DNA from: Euglena gracilis
Taxonomy: Eukaryota
Reading direction: 5' to 3'
DNA: 64,000 bases
Assembly: GCA_039621445.1 (NCBI GenBank)
Contig: CP154954.1
Coordinates: 26,672,954-26,736,953 of the forward strand
Positions 38,253-49,879 of this stretch are shown here, in pieces. The translations under genes were made by a program, and so were the position numbers. Each line of letters starts with the position of its first letter. Within the stretch, counting starts at the first letter, position 1. The notes under the pieces were generated by a model, which was not told the DNA's origin, made no database searches, and was given only the letters and a program-made list of their open reading frames with translations.

Positions 38253-41200
38253 AGGCAAACGCAGGAAAACAGTGGGCAAAATGCCAAGACAACAACGGAA
38301 TACCAAAGCAATTCGAACTTGGGTGCAGAAAGCCCTCCCTACATCTTCAGATGGAATCAGGAGGAGTAATGGAGGCCTTCCAGCAGCGCTCCGCACATTT
38401 CAATTTGGCCGTGAAAGAAACCCGAATTTACAGCCCCGGCCATGGAGGCATGCCAAGGCGGCCTAACAAAGGGGCTATGGCTAAATGGGTGGACCTCCAA
38501 AGGCCAGTCAGAAGCTGAAGGGCAGCCAAGTAGAGACTTTGTTTTATTAAAAAGAATCGTCATGACAGGGGGGAAGAGGGACCTGGCCTTTCTGGATCGA
38601 AAGGTGGCGGATAGTACTTCGGATTTTGAAGAAAATGCCAGATTGGCCCCAAAAGTCGCAGAGCTGGCGAAGGTGGCCGAGGGCGTCGGGAAACAGGACA
38701 GTTATCGCCGGTGCTTGATTACGATTTTCGGTGCTTTTCCCTCCATTGGGCAGTTGTTTTTTTGCCCATATTCAAAAGGGCGTCGTACGCCCTTGCGGAA
38801 TAATCGACCAGGGGGGAGGGGGCATCAATGCGAGTTTCCGGCGCCGTGGTTCGGAGTCCCTGCCTGGTGCCTTTTTCGCCTGGTTTGGCTGATGCTGATT
38901 TTTGGACTTGGACAAAAGAAAATGTCTCCAACGAACAAGGCATGGCCTCTCAAGGGCAAAGTGCGGAGCCGCGGGTGTCGCCATTGGCGCCGATTTGTGG
39001 TTGCTTCATGCCAAGATATTGTACTCCCTCGAGGACAACCGACCAGGGAGAAAGGGACACCGTGGGCAAAGCACAAGACCTTGTGAGTCTATGCCTTGCT
39101 CGCCGGCGGTGTTGTTTGTATTGTTTGCTGCGTTGGGATAGGTCCCTGCTTAGTGCCGCCTCGCCGGAGTTGGCTGACGATGCTGCTCCGACTTGGCGAC
39201 GTAGCTTCTTGCCCCTGGGGGGGTCCCCCCTCTGCCCACCCTGGCCCCCACTTTCTGACCGAGGGCTTTTGAAGGCAAATTTTCTTTTACGGGTGGGGGG
39301 GTCGGGCTCACAAGGTCTTTGTGCTTCACCCTCGGTGTCCCTTCCTCCCTGTTCGGTTGTCCCGATTGAGTACGAGTCACCTCGGGCTCCGCACTTTGCC
39401 CTTGTGAGGCCGGATTGTGCACTGAAACTAGGGGGGCCAGGGCATTTTCCAGGGCACCTTGGGCAACAAGTCGTTGATAATGGGCTGTAAAAGCCTCCAC
39501 CCCCTTCCACTGGCAAATTTCACAAACTCCGTAGGCCGAAAGGCCCAATTTTTTGAGTAAACCAACTCCTGCTCCTCCGGTGGAGTGTGCCCCCAACACC
39601 TGGCGGGTACCCCTTTTTTGGCCAAAAAGTCTTTTGTGATAGAAGCCACGGTGTCTGCGCTTACGGCACTGAAGGGGAGTTTTAATGAAATCAGAAGGGG
39701 GCGCCCCGTTCTGACGAATGAACGTGTGGCAGCCACATAAGACATCATTAAATTAAAGGGGCTTTTTTGTGGAAATTGGGGAATGGACACCACCCTCTCC
39801 CACTTGTGAAACTTCTGGCATTTACACTTAATTTTTGTATACGGTGCCCTATCCAGCACACTGGTGGTTCGTTTGACTTGTGCCAAGTCAAACTATCAAT
39901 ATAAACAGAGGATTTTTGAGCAACAAAATAAGTTGTGTACGCAATTTACAAATATCAGTCGGCATTGGGGCCTTGGCCAGCCCCAGGAGGAATGGGAGAG
40001 AATCTCAAAATGCCCCATACTTCTCTGGATTTTGGTTCCGAAGCCTCTTGTAAGGGGTCAACAGGGTGTAGAATCTTAGACCACCAAACCCAGGAATCAA
40101 AAGCATTGCACTATATGCATTACGGGCTTGGGCCTTTGAAAATTGGATTAATTGTTTTAAAGCGTCAGCCACTTGGTCTGTGGTGGCTTCAGGGGGGGGC
40201 ACCCCCATTTGCTCCAAAATTACCCACAGAAGTGCAAAAGACTCTGATAACGTTTTAAACTGGGGTTTCTCTCCAGGAAATAGCCAATGGTTTTAACCTG
40301 AATTTGTTTCCCCTCCAATATTTTCCTGAGCAAATCATGCAAAGAAGGGGCCACCTAGGGGTGGCATTTGTTCCCCCCTGCAATTGGTGAACATACCCTC
40401 TTAGGGGGGTGATTTTCAGAACCTGCCGGGGGGTGATTTTCGCAACCAGCCTGAACACAATGACTCAGAAAGCCACAAGCATTTGGATTGGTGCTGTGTA
40501 TCAAATACTATGATAAATTCAAGGATTTCAGTGAGAAGTTTCCGTCACAGGGATTTTGAAGTTTCCACTCATTGAGACCCAAAGGTCTTAATACACCCGT
40601 CTGCTTATGCGGTCTGCCAGGCATTCTTTTGAAGGCATCCAGTTGACTTGGAGGTTTACTTGGTGCTCTATGCACCATTTGAAAATGGTCTTAGCATTGT
40701 GTTGAAGGAGTGCTTTCTGCCCCCCTCCCTTTTGTCAGGTAACAGTAAATCCCTTGGTTGTCTATGGACAAAGAAACTGTGTCCGCAGGTTTGCTCAAAC
40801 CTTTCACAGTGCTGATTGCTGCAGTGAGCTCCTTTACATTTATTTTAAAAATGGAGTCTTTTCACCAAAATTCCTGCACTAGTTCTCCTGTGTGGATGTC
40901 CAGCCCCCCCCCCCAGGCATGGGTGCTGCTGTCTGGGTGCAACTCCTGGTTGCATTTTGGGGGAAGGGTATGCCCCCCAGGTGTCCTCCAGAATTTTTAT
41001 TTCCCTTAATTGGGCCTTGATTTCCGGAGAAATGGGGTGTTTTGAGTCCCAGGAGGCTGTGGACTTTGCCACCAAAAATTTTTCCAGGGTGTCCGTAAAA
41101 GCCCTTAAAAAGAGCAGGGCCATTAGATTGCATCTTATTTGACCCAAAATGGCAGCCAACTGCCTTTTTCACAGGCAACCTTTTTTCACAATTCTTCCCA

Positions 41201-41626
41201 GTTTCTTTTTGATGGTTTTGACTTTCTGATAGGGCACCTGTAACTTTCCTTCCTGGAAGCTCAGTTGAAAACCCAGATGGGTTACTACTTGGGCAGGCTG
41301 GAGGGTGGACTTTTTCACATTGATTTTGAGCCCAGAAACCAGAAAATATTTGAAACTGTTTTCAGGTAATTTTGCAAAGTGTTTTGGGTGGGGGACACCA
41401 GCAAAATGTCGTCCAGGTAAATAAACACCTGGATGCCCCTTTTTCTCCAGAGCTTTTCGAAAGCTTTCATTAATGACATGAAAATTTGACGCATTAAAGC
41501 AGCCTGTTTGAAATTCCCAGGTCTGCCCCCCTCCCACCTGATGTCTCAAAAATGGCCTTAGGCCTGGACGAACTGGAAAATGAGAATGGGCATCCTTGAG
41601 GTCTATTTTTGCTGCCCAGTGGCCTT
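38253..41626 (-). mobile_element. Mirror copy of DIRS-A 3' portion, with element C LTR remnant at 40441-40595
   Basis: ORF-track peptides near-identical to those at 27994-28860 and 36327-37945. Confidence 0.9.
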
Positions 41627-43808
41627 TGTTTCACACCCGTGCTGCCATGTTCCACGGCAGCACTGGAGTGAAGCGGAAACCCCGGCCCCGGGCCAGTTTC
41701 CGGCGTAGGATCGTTTTTTGGCTCCTCGAGCCGACTTGTGTCGGAATTTTTATTCCCATTCTGCATCGCCCTGTGGCCGAAACTGGGCCATCATTTCCAA
41801 GGAGAAACTTCCCAGTGGACCCTCCCCGACCCCTGAGTGGGGTGTCACTGGGATTTCCAAGGGGGGTGCCTTTGGGGTTTCAACCCCTCCCTGCTCAGCT
41901 GAACCAGTTAGAGCCAACACCCCCCCCCTGGGTGTCATTTCTCACAGTTTCTAGGCCAAAAAGGGGGTTTTGGGGTGAAATTTGGCCTGTGGTTGCCTGA
42001 GTTTGGGAGCCCCACCCCCCTGCCCCTTTTCCCACAGATGGAGGGGGGTTGGGGGAACAAACCTCACCCTCTTGTTGGCTTGATTGATTGTTCTCAATTG
42101 GACTTTCCATTTGCAATTGCAATTCCAATGCTTGAATTCACAATAATAATTGTTTGTAATTGCAACAATTGACAATGGCCAAAAGGAAAATAAAGGGAAC
42201 CCCTGTGAGAGAAAATATGATTTTGATGCCCTTGATGGGCAGTTAAATTTAGGATTGAGTGCGCTGATTCCTAAGCGCTCTGAAACCCCAAATTCTTGCC
42301 CATTGCATCAAAATGAACCAACCCAGGTCAAAATCAAGTTTTCCCCCCTTGATTTTGATAAATTATGCTGAATTCCATCATTTTTGAGTCTTGCAAACCC
42401 CTGCAAAAACTCCAGGAACTCAGGCGCCAATCTGAGGAAAATCTGTTCCAAGCGCTTGCAAGCGCTCTCACACAATCCATTTTTTTCTCATAACACGCAC
42501 TATTTCAATATTTTTTTCATTCCCGTCCCAAGGAAAGCGAAAAGGAGGGGGGGGTGAACCCCCCGACTGTCGTCGCAAGGGGAGGAGTCACGACCTTTTG
42601 AATCAGTCAGTATAGCGAGTCGCATGGGTAGGCCGATGAAATTACCATCTCCACTCGTTCTCTCCACATGCTCTTCGTACACCAATACCAGAAAACAACC
42701 GTTTCAAATATCTTGCATCGACCTTCAACTCGACCAACTCAGAGTCCCAGACTTCGAATTGACAATCCGACCTGCGTAGGTGGATGAAACGGATAGTGAT
42801 GGTTGCCAGAGCCAAACGTCTCGTCGAAGTTTGGGGTGTTGGGCTTCGGCGTCTTCCTTGGGTGCCGGTTTGCCTCCCCTTAGTGTGGTGGCAAACCATG
42901 CACACCGTTGTGGGGGGGGGGGGTTCCTTCCCCCAATTGAAAATTTAGCAATGTGGCTTTGCCCAGCCAAACCGACAGGGCAATCTCAAAGCGATACTTG
43001 GAGGAGGCTGTCAAAAGAACAAACCCCGGTTGTGCTTCCGTTGGTTTGTCCTCGTTAAGAATTTTTGGTGAAACTTCTAAACCGGAATCCACCCACAACA
43101 ACATAAACAAAACGGGTGGCAATCATGCACTCATTCAACGTTTTGCTTTTGACGTTGTTAGCAATATCCCTTCCCGTTCCCGGGTGGGATCCCTTGATTG
43201 GAAAACACCCACCCGTATAAAAAATAAGCCCCCTAGCCACGAGAATCCTTCATTCCCATTTGAAATCATTTCACGGGAGTTCAATGGAAAATGGCACAAA
43301 AAATCAACAGGGGCAATGAAATCTCCTCGATTGCCGACACCAGCCTCACCCAAACCAGGGTGTGGTGGCGAATGAAAACTTCAGGGGAGAAATAAAAAAA
43401 TGAAACCAATGACGAGGAAACTCCCGTCAATTTTCCCAATGCCTCAGCCCTGTGATGGGGTCCACCTGCATCTGTGAAGTGGCATAGAATGGGACCTCCC
43501 CCTCCCCAGGCAACCACTCCAGTCCCTTTTTCACCTCTCCTTTCCCCCTTTTTTCAGGTTGCCGTTGCCGTTAAATCCTTAGAGACATCCAACGGCAACC
43601 CTTTTGCCAGACAATAGTCTATTACGTCACTGTAATACTCCTGGAAAAAATGTTCCACCCGTTCCCATTTCGCCTCCTCAAGCCCTTGCCACTCCGTTAA
43701 GAAAAACATTTTTCCCTTAACGAACTTGTGGTTTAGGATTTTATCCACTAACCAGGTATCTGGGGCACCTTCCGCTTCAGGTACCGTCCACCGATGGAAA
43801 AATAGGGG
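41627..43808 (-). mobile_element. Mirror copy of Gypsy 3' end (chromodomain to 3' LTR)
   Basis: DKILNHKFVKGKMFFLTEWQG at 43554-43748; LTR end TGTTTCACAC at 41627. Confidence 0.9.
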
Positions 43809-44427
43809 TATGTGTGAGTCGTGTGTTCACAATCACAATAAGGTATGCGGTTTTTCGTCCCCAAACCACACGACACTCATGCTTAGAATGACACTTTGCG
43901 GGCACCTAAGACAGGTCGGGTTGCAACTTCGAAAGTTGCACGCCGAGCCACAATGGGGCCTAGGCATGGTTCCGCGTTTCCAACCCTTGCGAACCGTTTT
44001 TTTTTTCTTGACCAACCGTCATTCAAGAAATCTGGGGGTTTAATAAGCTAGCTTTCCCTCCAGGATTCTTTCTCTTGACGAGCAAACTCCTTCTTTTTTG
44101 TTGGTTGGGATCCCTTTTTGTTAGGGGTTTTTGCTTAGTTTCTCTTTAAGTAGCAAATTGCCCCCTTTTTTGAAAGGCTGCAGCTTTTTTTGTTGGGGGG
44201 ATTGTTGAATTTCGTGATCTGTTGCTTGTCACGACCAAACACACAAAATCAGAATCAACGAAACCACCCCGCAAACCGCGTGATTGGTTCCTGGCAATGA
44301 CAATTCTTTACTTTTCCCACAAACATAACGTGAATGTGACTTACGGCCGTTTTTGTGGGGGGGGGGGTCACATCAACCCGTGCCCTCCCGGGTCATCTCT
44401 CAAAACTTGGCCCAAATTTTGCGCCTC

Positions 44428-45183
44428 CTAGAGAAACAATGCGCTTGGAAAATCTGTCCACCTTTCGCTTTTCAAAAGCAAATCTAAATCTGTGAAATTC
44501 TGACCTCCTTGCCCTTCCAAAAATTGTTCCCCCGAACCGAAAGTTCCTTGGGGGGTACCTACGGGAGCCTCACCGACAAAATAATCGGCCATGTCCCATG
44601 CCTGGCAAGTTTCTTTCCAAAAATTATCTGAAATTTCTGCACACTGTCCTTTATGGGGGGGGTTGGGTTCCACCTCCTCCCCGTAAATAACAAAAATTCT
44701 GGGGGGTTGCAAAAATTGGGTGTAGGAAAGTGTCATTTTTGTGCGAGAATCGGCATACTCCAAATTTCGTTCACACACGGTGGGGTCTTGACCATATTTC
44801 GTTTTAGACACGGATGCAAAAGTCAAGTCCACCCCCCCTCCAAAATTGGTTCCCGTAAAAAGCTTCAAAGCCTTTGGTACTTTTGACCCAAAAAATCGCT
44901 GGACTTTGTCCACAAAAGTGTTTGACTGTAGCGCAAATATTTTCTGAAGCTTTTGCGCTGGGGGCACTTGAACAAAAGTGTTGCCCCGGAAACGTTGGCC
45001 ACCACTTTTTCCTTTGGCAGTTTCCCAACCTTTGTCTTTAAAATTGGTCGTCCCGCCCCCCTTGCCTGGTAGTCCCCCACCATGGGCATGGGGCCCAAAA
45101 CTGGGTGTGCGGGGGAGTTTGATTTGCATCCAGAATTTTTGTCCAACAATTAGAGGCAGTATTCCCAACCTCACCAAAAACAC
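44428..45183 (-). pseudogene. Heavily decayed possible second gag-DNMT junction
   Basis: PKALKLFTGTN (~ALDLFAGTG), QPP (~PPC), ADYFV/DYF and EAP.G (~ENP.G) at similar spacing, after a G/K-rich gag-tail-like stretch. Confidence 0.4.
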
Positions 45184-48100
45184 TTACATGGTGCTCTGAT
45201 TACACAGGTTGTGTGGTTGGGGTTTGGGAGCGGTGCTTCTTTCACCTCTGACAAAATTTTTCGCCAACGCACACCCTTTTTTATGCTTTCTGGTAACATT
45301 CTGAGAAAAATTCTCGTTTCGCGTTTTCTGAATGAATTTTGGTCCCCCCCCATCCAATCGGGGGGTTGACTCGTTTCAATCGGGGGGCACCTGGCCCTTT
45401 AAATTCCGTCCCCCCTCCGTTTGTTCAAGGCCTCCATGTGTCATTCCTATGATTTGAGCGGGGGTGAAATGAAAATCGCTGGGGGAAAACAGTAATTTTT
45501 GTCCAAATTACCACCTACTGAGTGAAAGAAGCGAAATTCTGTCCCTTGCCAACTCCTTTCTGATTACTTCTTCGTTTTGGCTTTCATTCCTCCTTTCTTT
45601 GTGAAAAAACTGGGTAAATTCTCGTCTTAGCACATGCCATGTGTCCGCATGAGATTTGACAAAATTCTGATTCGTCAAAAATTGTGTCTCAAAATGTTTC
45701 CAATCTTCCCCAAAATACGTTGTTGAAAGTCTGGACAGTTTTGATGTACAATTCTGCCAACGAAAAGAAAATTACGGCCCGTGACCTGAAAATCTGTTGA
45801 TTTTTGCCTCATTTTCCACCACGTCCCAAAACGGGATACCAACAAAAATTGAAATCTGGCAACCAAAAATGGTGCCTTCCCCCATCATCCCTACCCCCGC
45901 CCCCATCCCTGCGAGCAAATTTTGCACCAGGGCCATCACAGATGGATATTTTTCGTGTGTTTCAACTGGAAATTCCAACACGCTTACCTGGGGGGGCAAA
46001 CAAACGGGGTATTGTTTGTGAGGCTGTTACTTCCAAACTTACGGAAGGAAAATCCACCATTCTGGGGGAAACAAAAAAACAGAGTGAGGGGGTAAAAACT
46101 GTTATGGTTTTTAGTAATGGGAGCGAGCGTGCAAAGTGTGGCTTTGCCAACAGGGGGTAGAGACCACCTTATGGTGCTCCTCCCCTTTGGGCAAGACCGC
46201 AACTTCAACACCGTTGCCCAAAAAAGCCGCTCTCCCTACCTCTGGGCCTAGGTTGCCCGAGTAGGGAGCGACGGGGAGGATGTTTTGAAAATTTTCGAAA
46301 ACCAACCCACTCACCTCTCGAGAGGGGATTGAGAGGGGATCGGTCTCCGCTTGCTTGGGTGGTCGAAGTTCCCTCCTACCCAAAAATCCAAAACCCAACC
46401 CATAGCTGGGGCTTGGGGTTGCTGTCGTTGTGCTGGGTGCTGCTGGGCCCCCCTGCACCGCGACCACAGCGGTGCGGTGGAGTGGGCCCCCGGACGCCGC
46501 CACCACAGCGACGCCTGGGTTGGTGGTCTCCCTTCCGGGGTGTGAAAAAAAAACTTGCGGCCAGTGATCTGTGCAGGGGGAAAAAAACTGTCCACGTTGA
46601 CCCCCTTCCGCAATAAACTTGGATTGTGTCCGTTTGAAAATTCTGAGACCCTCCACTAGAGAACAGCTTTGCTCAATCCCAATAACCAAAGTGGAAATTT
46701 CGACAAATCCTTGAATTTTCAGCAAAACTGCCTGAAACGGCGTTTGATTTGAGTTTTCCAAACCCAAAATTGGTGATTTCTCGTCAAAAGTTCTTGCCTT
46801 TTTGCGCTGTTGTCCAAAGTAAAATTGGGCTGGAATCCCGCTGAATTTTGATCACCTTTGACCAAAGCGGTTTCCATTTTTGAATGTGGGGAATCTGCAG
46901 TTTTTTCCAACTTTGCCCAGGGAAATTGAAAACATTCTTCGCCCAGCAGATCAAACGGAATTATTTCGTGCACTCTCCTCCTTGCACGTTTTTCCCAAGG
47001 ATCTTTGTTTCCCCCCTCCATCTCCATTTCCATGGGGGGGACTGAAATTTGTGTGAATGGGGACAATTCCCGTTTCTCCTCCACCGGCCAAAAAGGCTGA
47101 TCCGTGCCCACTCCCAGCCTTGGGGGCAAAAGGGAAAAATTTCCCGTACGGATGATTCCTCCCATCTCCGACAAGGTTGGCTGAAAAAATTTCAAAAACC
47201 ACAGCAAAAATCTCTGGCATCAGGGAAAGTTGTCCCGTACGGAGGATATCATCCATCTCCGACCGTTTTGGCTGAAAATCTGCCAAATTCACACGAAATT
47301 TCTGTGACGGGGAAAGGGAAAATTCACTTTTTTCACTTGAAAACTGAAAGATCCTTGGGTGAGACAACGCCTGGGTTTTTTTGGGGGGGAAAATACGTGC
47401 CACTTTGTAAATGGGACCCTGCCCCCCACAATAAGTGTTGCTGAAAATGCATGCCGTTGGCAAAAACTGTGGGGAGACTTCAGAAAATTCCAGAAAATTC
47501 TGGGTCCTCATCGTAATTCGTGCTGAAATTGGCCAAGTTGATTATGAAAAATCTTATCGGGTCTGAAAATTCAGTGGTAACCCATGAACATCTGCTGGGA
47601 TTTCACTTTTCTGAAAAATCTGTGGTGATGCGACAAGTAAATTTGGCAAGAATGATCTTTCTGAAAAATCTGTAGATCGAATGCATTGTGGCACCGAAAT
47701 TTTCCCTCCTGACACTTCTGAATGTCTACAATTCTTCGGGTTCTTTAAAAGCCTTAGGGCTGTGGGTGGGGGTTGTATGCTGGCACACCCTCGTCGTGTG
47801 TTGTATCTGTCCGCATGCTGAGGTCCACCAGCTTAAATACCGCGCAGCTTCAACAATGTATTTGTTCTTTCTTCAGCTTCAATCTTCTTTCTTTCCTTTC
47901 TTCTTTGTCTTACTTCTGCTTCAGCTGCCTGGCGCGCCTCGATCTGGCCGGAGGATCCGGGTAGGACCTCCATGAAAACTCTTCCTTGGTTCGATGTTTT
48001 TGCGGATCCTTCGTCCTTGGCTTTTTCTTGAGGCGGCCGCCGGGCTTCGAAGCCAAAATTCTCAATGTTGTCTTTTTTTTCCTTGTACTTTTGCAGCTGC

Positions 48101-48487
48101 AGCTTGAAATTCATTTTTTCTTTAAATTCTGTACCTTGAATGCACAAACAATTGGTTTTTTTTGTATTATTCTCAGGTGCATGGGTGTGGGCAAAGAACC
48201 CTGTGTGTGAGATGGTTTGAAATTGGTGGGTTCGAGTGGGGACTTTCTTAGGTTAATTAGGGAAAATGGGCAAATCCTACTGTGGAAAATTGGTCGGCCG
48301 GTCTTCAAAATTTCAAAGAATAGGCCTTGCAAGGTCAAAAATTGAGTTCAGGCCTTCAATCCGAACCATAATAATCTTTTCCCTAGGTTAAATTCGACTG
48401 AAAACCAAAAATGGTATTTCAGTGATTTTCGGCGCCACTCTGGCAAATTTTTGGCCAAATTTTGTGTTAGGACCACTTTACACCAGG

Positions 48488-49860
48488 TTAGATTTTTCTG
48501 AGTCTCCGGTACAGGGGTGTATCTCCCACTTTTTCTCCATAGAATTTATTTCCTGAATTAGATGATTCTTTTGGGGCTGGGTGTTGGGGTGTTGGACATT
48601 TCACATCCCCTGGAGCCCCTAGGGCTTGAGCCATTGGAAAAAGAAAATGTTCCTGGGGGGATGTGCATGCACTCTCTTCTCTTCTCACGCTCTCTCTCTC
48701 TCTCTCTCTCTCTCTGGAGGATCTTGTTGTTTGAATACATACCATAGGGCTTACTGCCCCTGTTTGGCCTGGCCTATCTGGTCTGCTTGATGCTGATAGG
48801 GTTGGTAGCCATACCATAGGGGGGCCTCTGAGGGTCCCTCCCTTGTTGATTGAATAAATGCTGGTGGTAAGTCTCCCCCTTCCTGTTTCCAGCTGGCCCC
48901 TGGTGGTCCATCTTCCTCCTGGGGCTGGGCAGTGGGCTGCCCATTTAAATTCAAAGCCCTTGCAGGGCTGTCCGTTAGCTTCTGGGGGGCCTGTGAAGGA
49001 CCCCCATGTGACCTATTTGTAATTTCTGATCTTCTGGTTGAACTTTCTGGCCCCAGTGGCCTTGATGATAAAGGCCCCAATGTCCTGATTGGGTTCTGAG
49101 TCGCCATGCCCATTTGAAATCTTGAGGGGTTCTTTGGGGCCCACCAATGACCCCTGGGGGGTGGTGTGAATGGGAAAGGATGGGGATGGTGCGTCTGACC
49201 TTTTCTGCCCCTGCCATGTCCTGTGTGGTCTGGGTGTTGGTGGCCCCCTTGGCCTTTTTTCCAGCGACTTTTGATGATGTAGATGCCTTCATGGCCGGTT
49301 GTGCCGTCATGCCCCTTGTTGCCTTCATGGCCTGTGCGGTTCTGGCTGCCATGGCCCCGCTTAAATGAATTTTGTGTTTTGAATCGTTGGCCCCCATGGC
49401 CCTGGTTCCAATGGCCGTAGTGGCCTGCTGGTTGTTGTCTCTGCCCATTGCAGGGCCTTCTGACCACTGTCTGCCAGTATCCGTGGCCATCACTTTTGTG
49501 GGGTTTTGGTTGTTGAAGTTTCTTTTGGGGACATTTCTTTTGGGGAAGGGGCAGCCAATGTTCGCCACAGTCGATCCGCGCCGTCAGATTGTCCAACTGC
49601 TGCTTCTGCTGCTCCCTCTTGAAGTTATCCAGCGCTACTCGTCTTGGAAATTGCATCTTTCATTGAAATCTTTCAGAAACTTGGGCAATTTCAGCTTTGA
49701 GATTCTGCACGAGCGTCTTTTTCTTGATAATTGACTTGATTGATTAAATTCTTCTTCTTCCAAATGATAAGGTGTTTGACGTTCCTTTCTTCTGGGTGTC
49801 GAAGGACAAATTCAGAATCAGCTAACTCCGGCGAAAAAGGCCTAAGGAGGGACTCCTAGC
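48488..49860 (-). mobile_element. Truncated DIRS 5' part (ORF1 and start of RT), head-to-head with the next DIRS
   Basis: 48751-49656 ORF closely similar to 11117-11650 (LDNLTARIDCGE..GHEGNKGH); terminal motif at 49790-49850. Confidence 0.85.
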
Positions 49861-49879
49861 CCTACACAACAAACAATCG

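Larger units (their letters stand above)
25722..43808. repeat. Large spacer-less inverted duplication (palindrome) centred at 38252/38253
   Basis: Centre GCGTTTGCCT|AGGCAAACGC; 38253-43808 mirrors DIRS-A end, YR, RH/RT, Gypsy 3' LTR and chromodomain; right arm lacks most of 29070-36120. Confidence 0.95.

Noticed and set aside
38100-38400. Palindrome as a pure read fold-back artefact
   Set aside because: Arms carry distinct substitutions and arm-specific indels; an artefact is not fully excluded without reads
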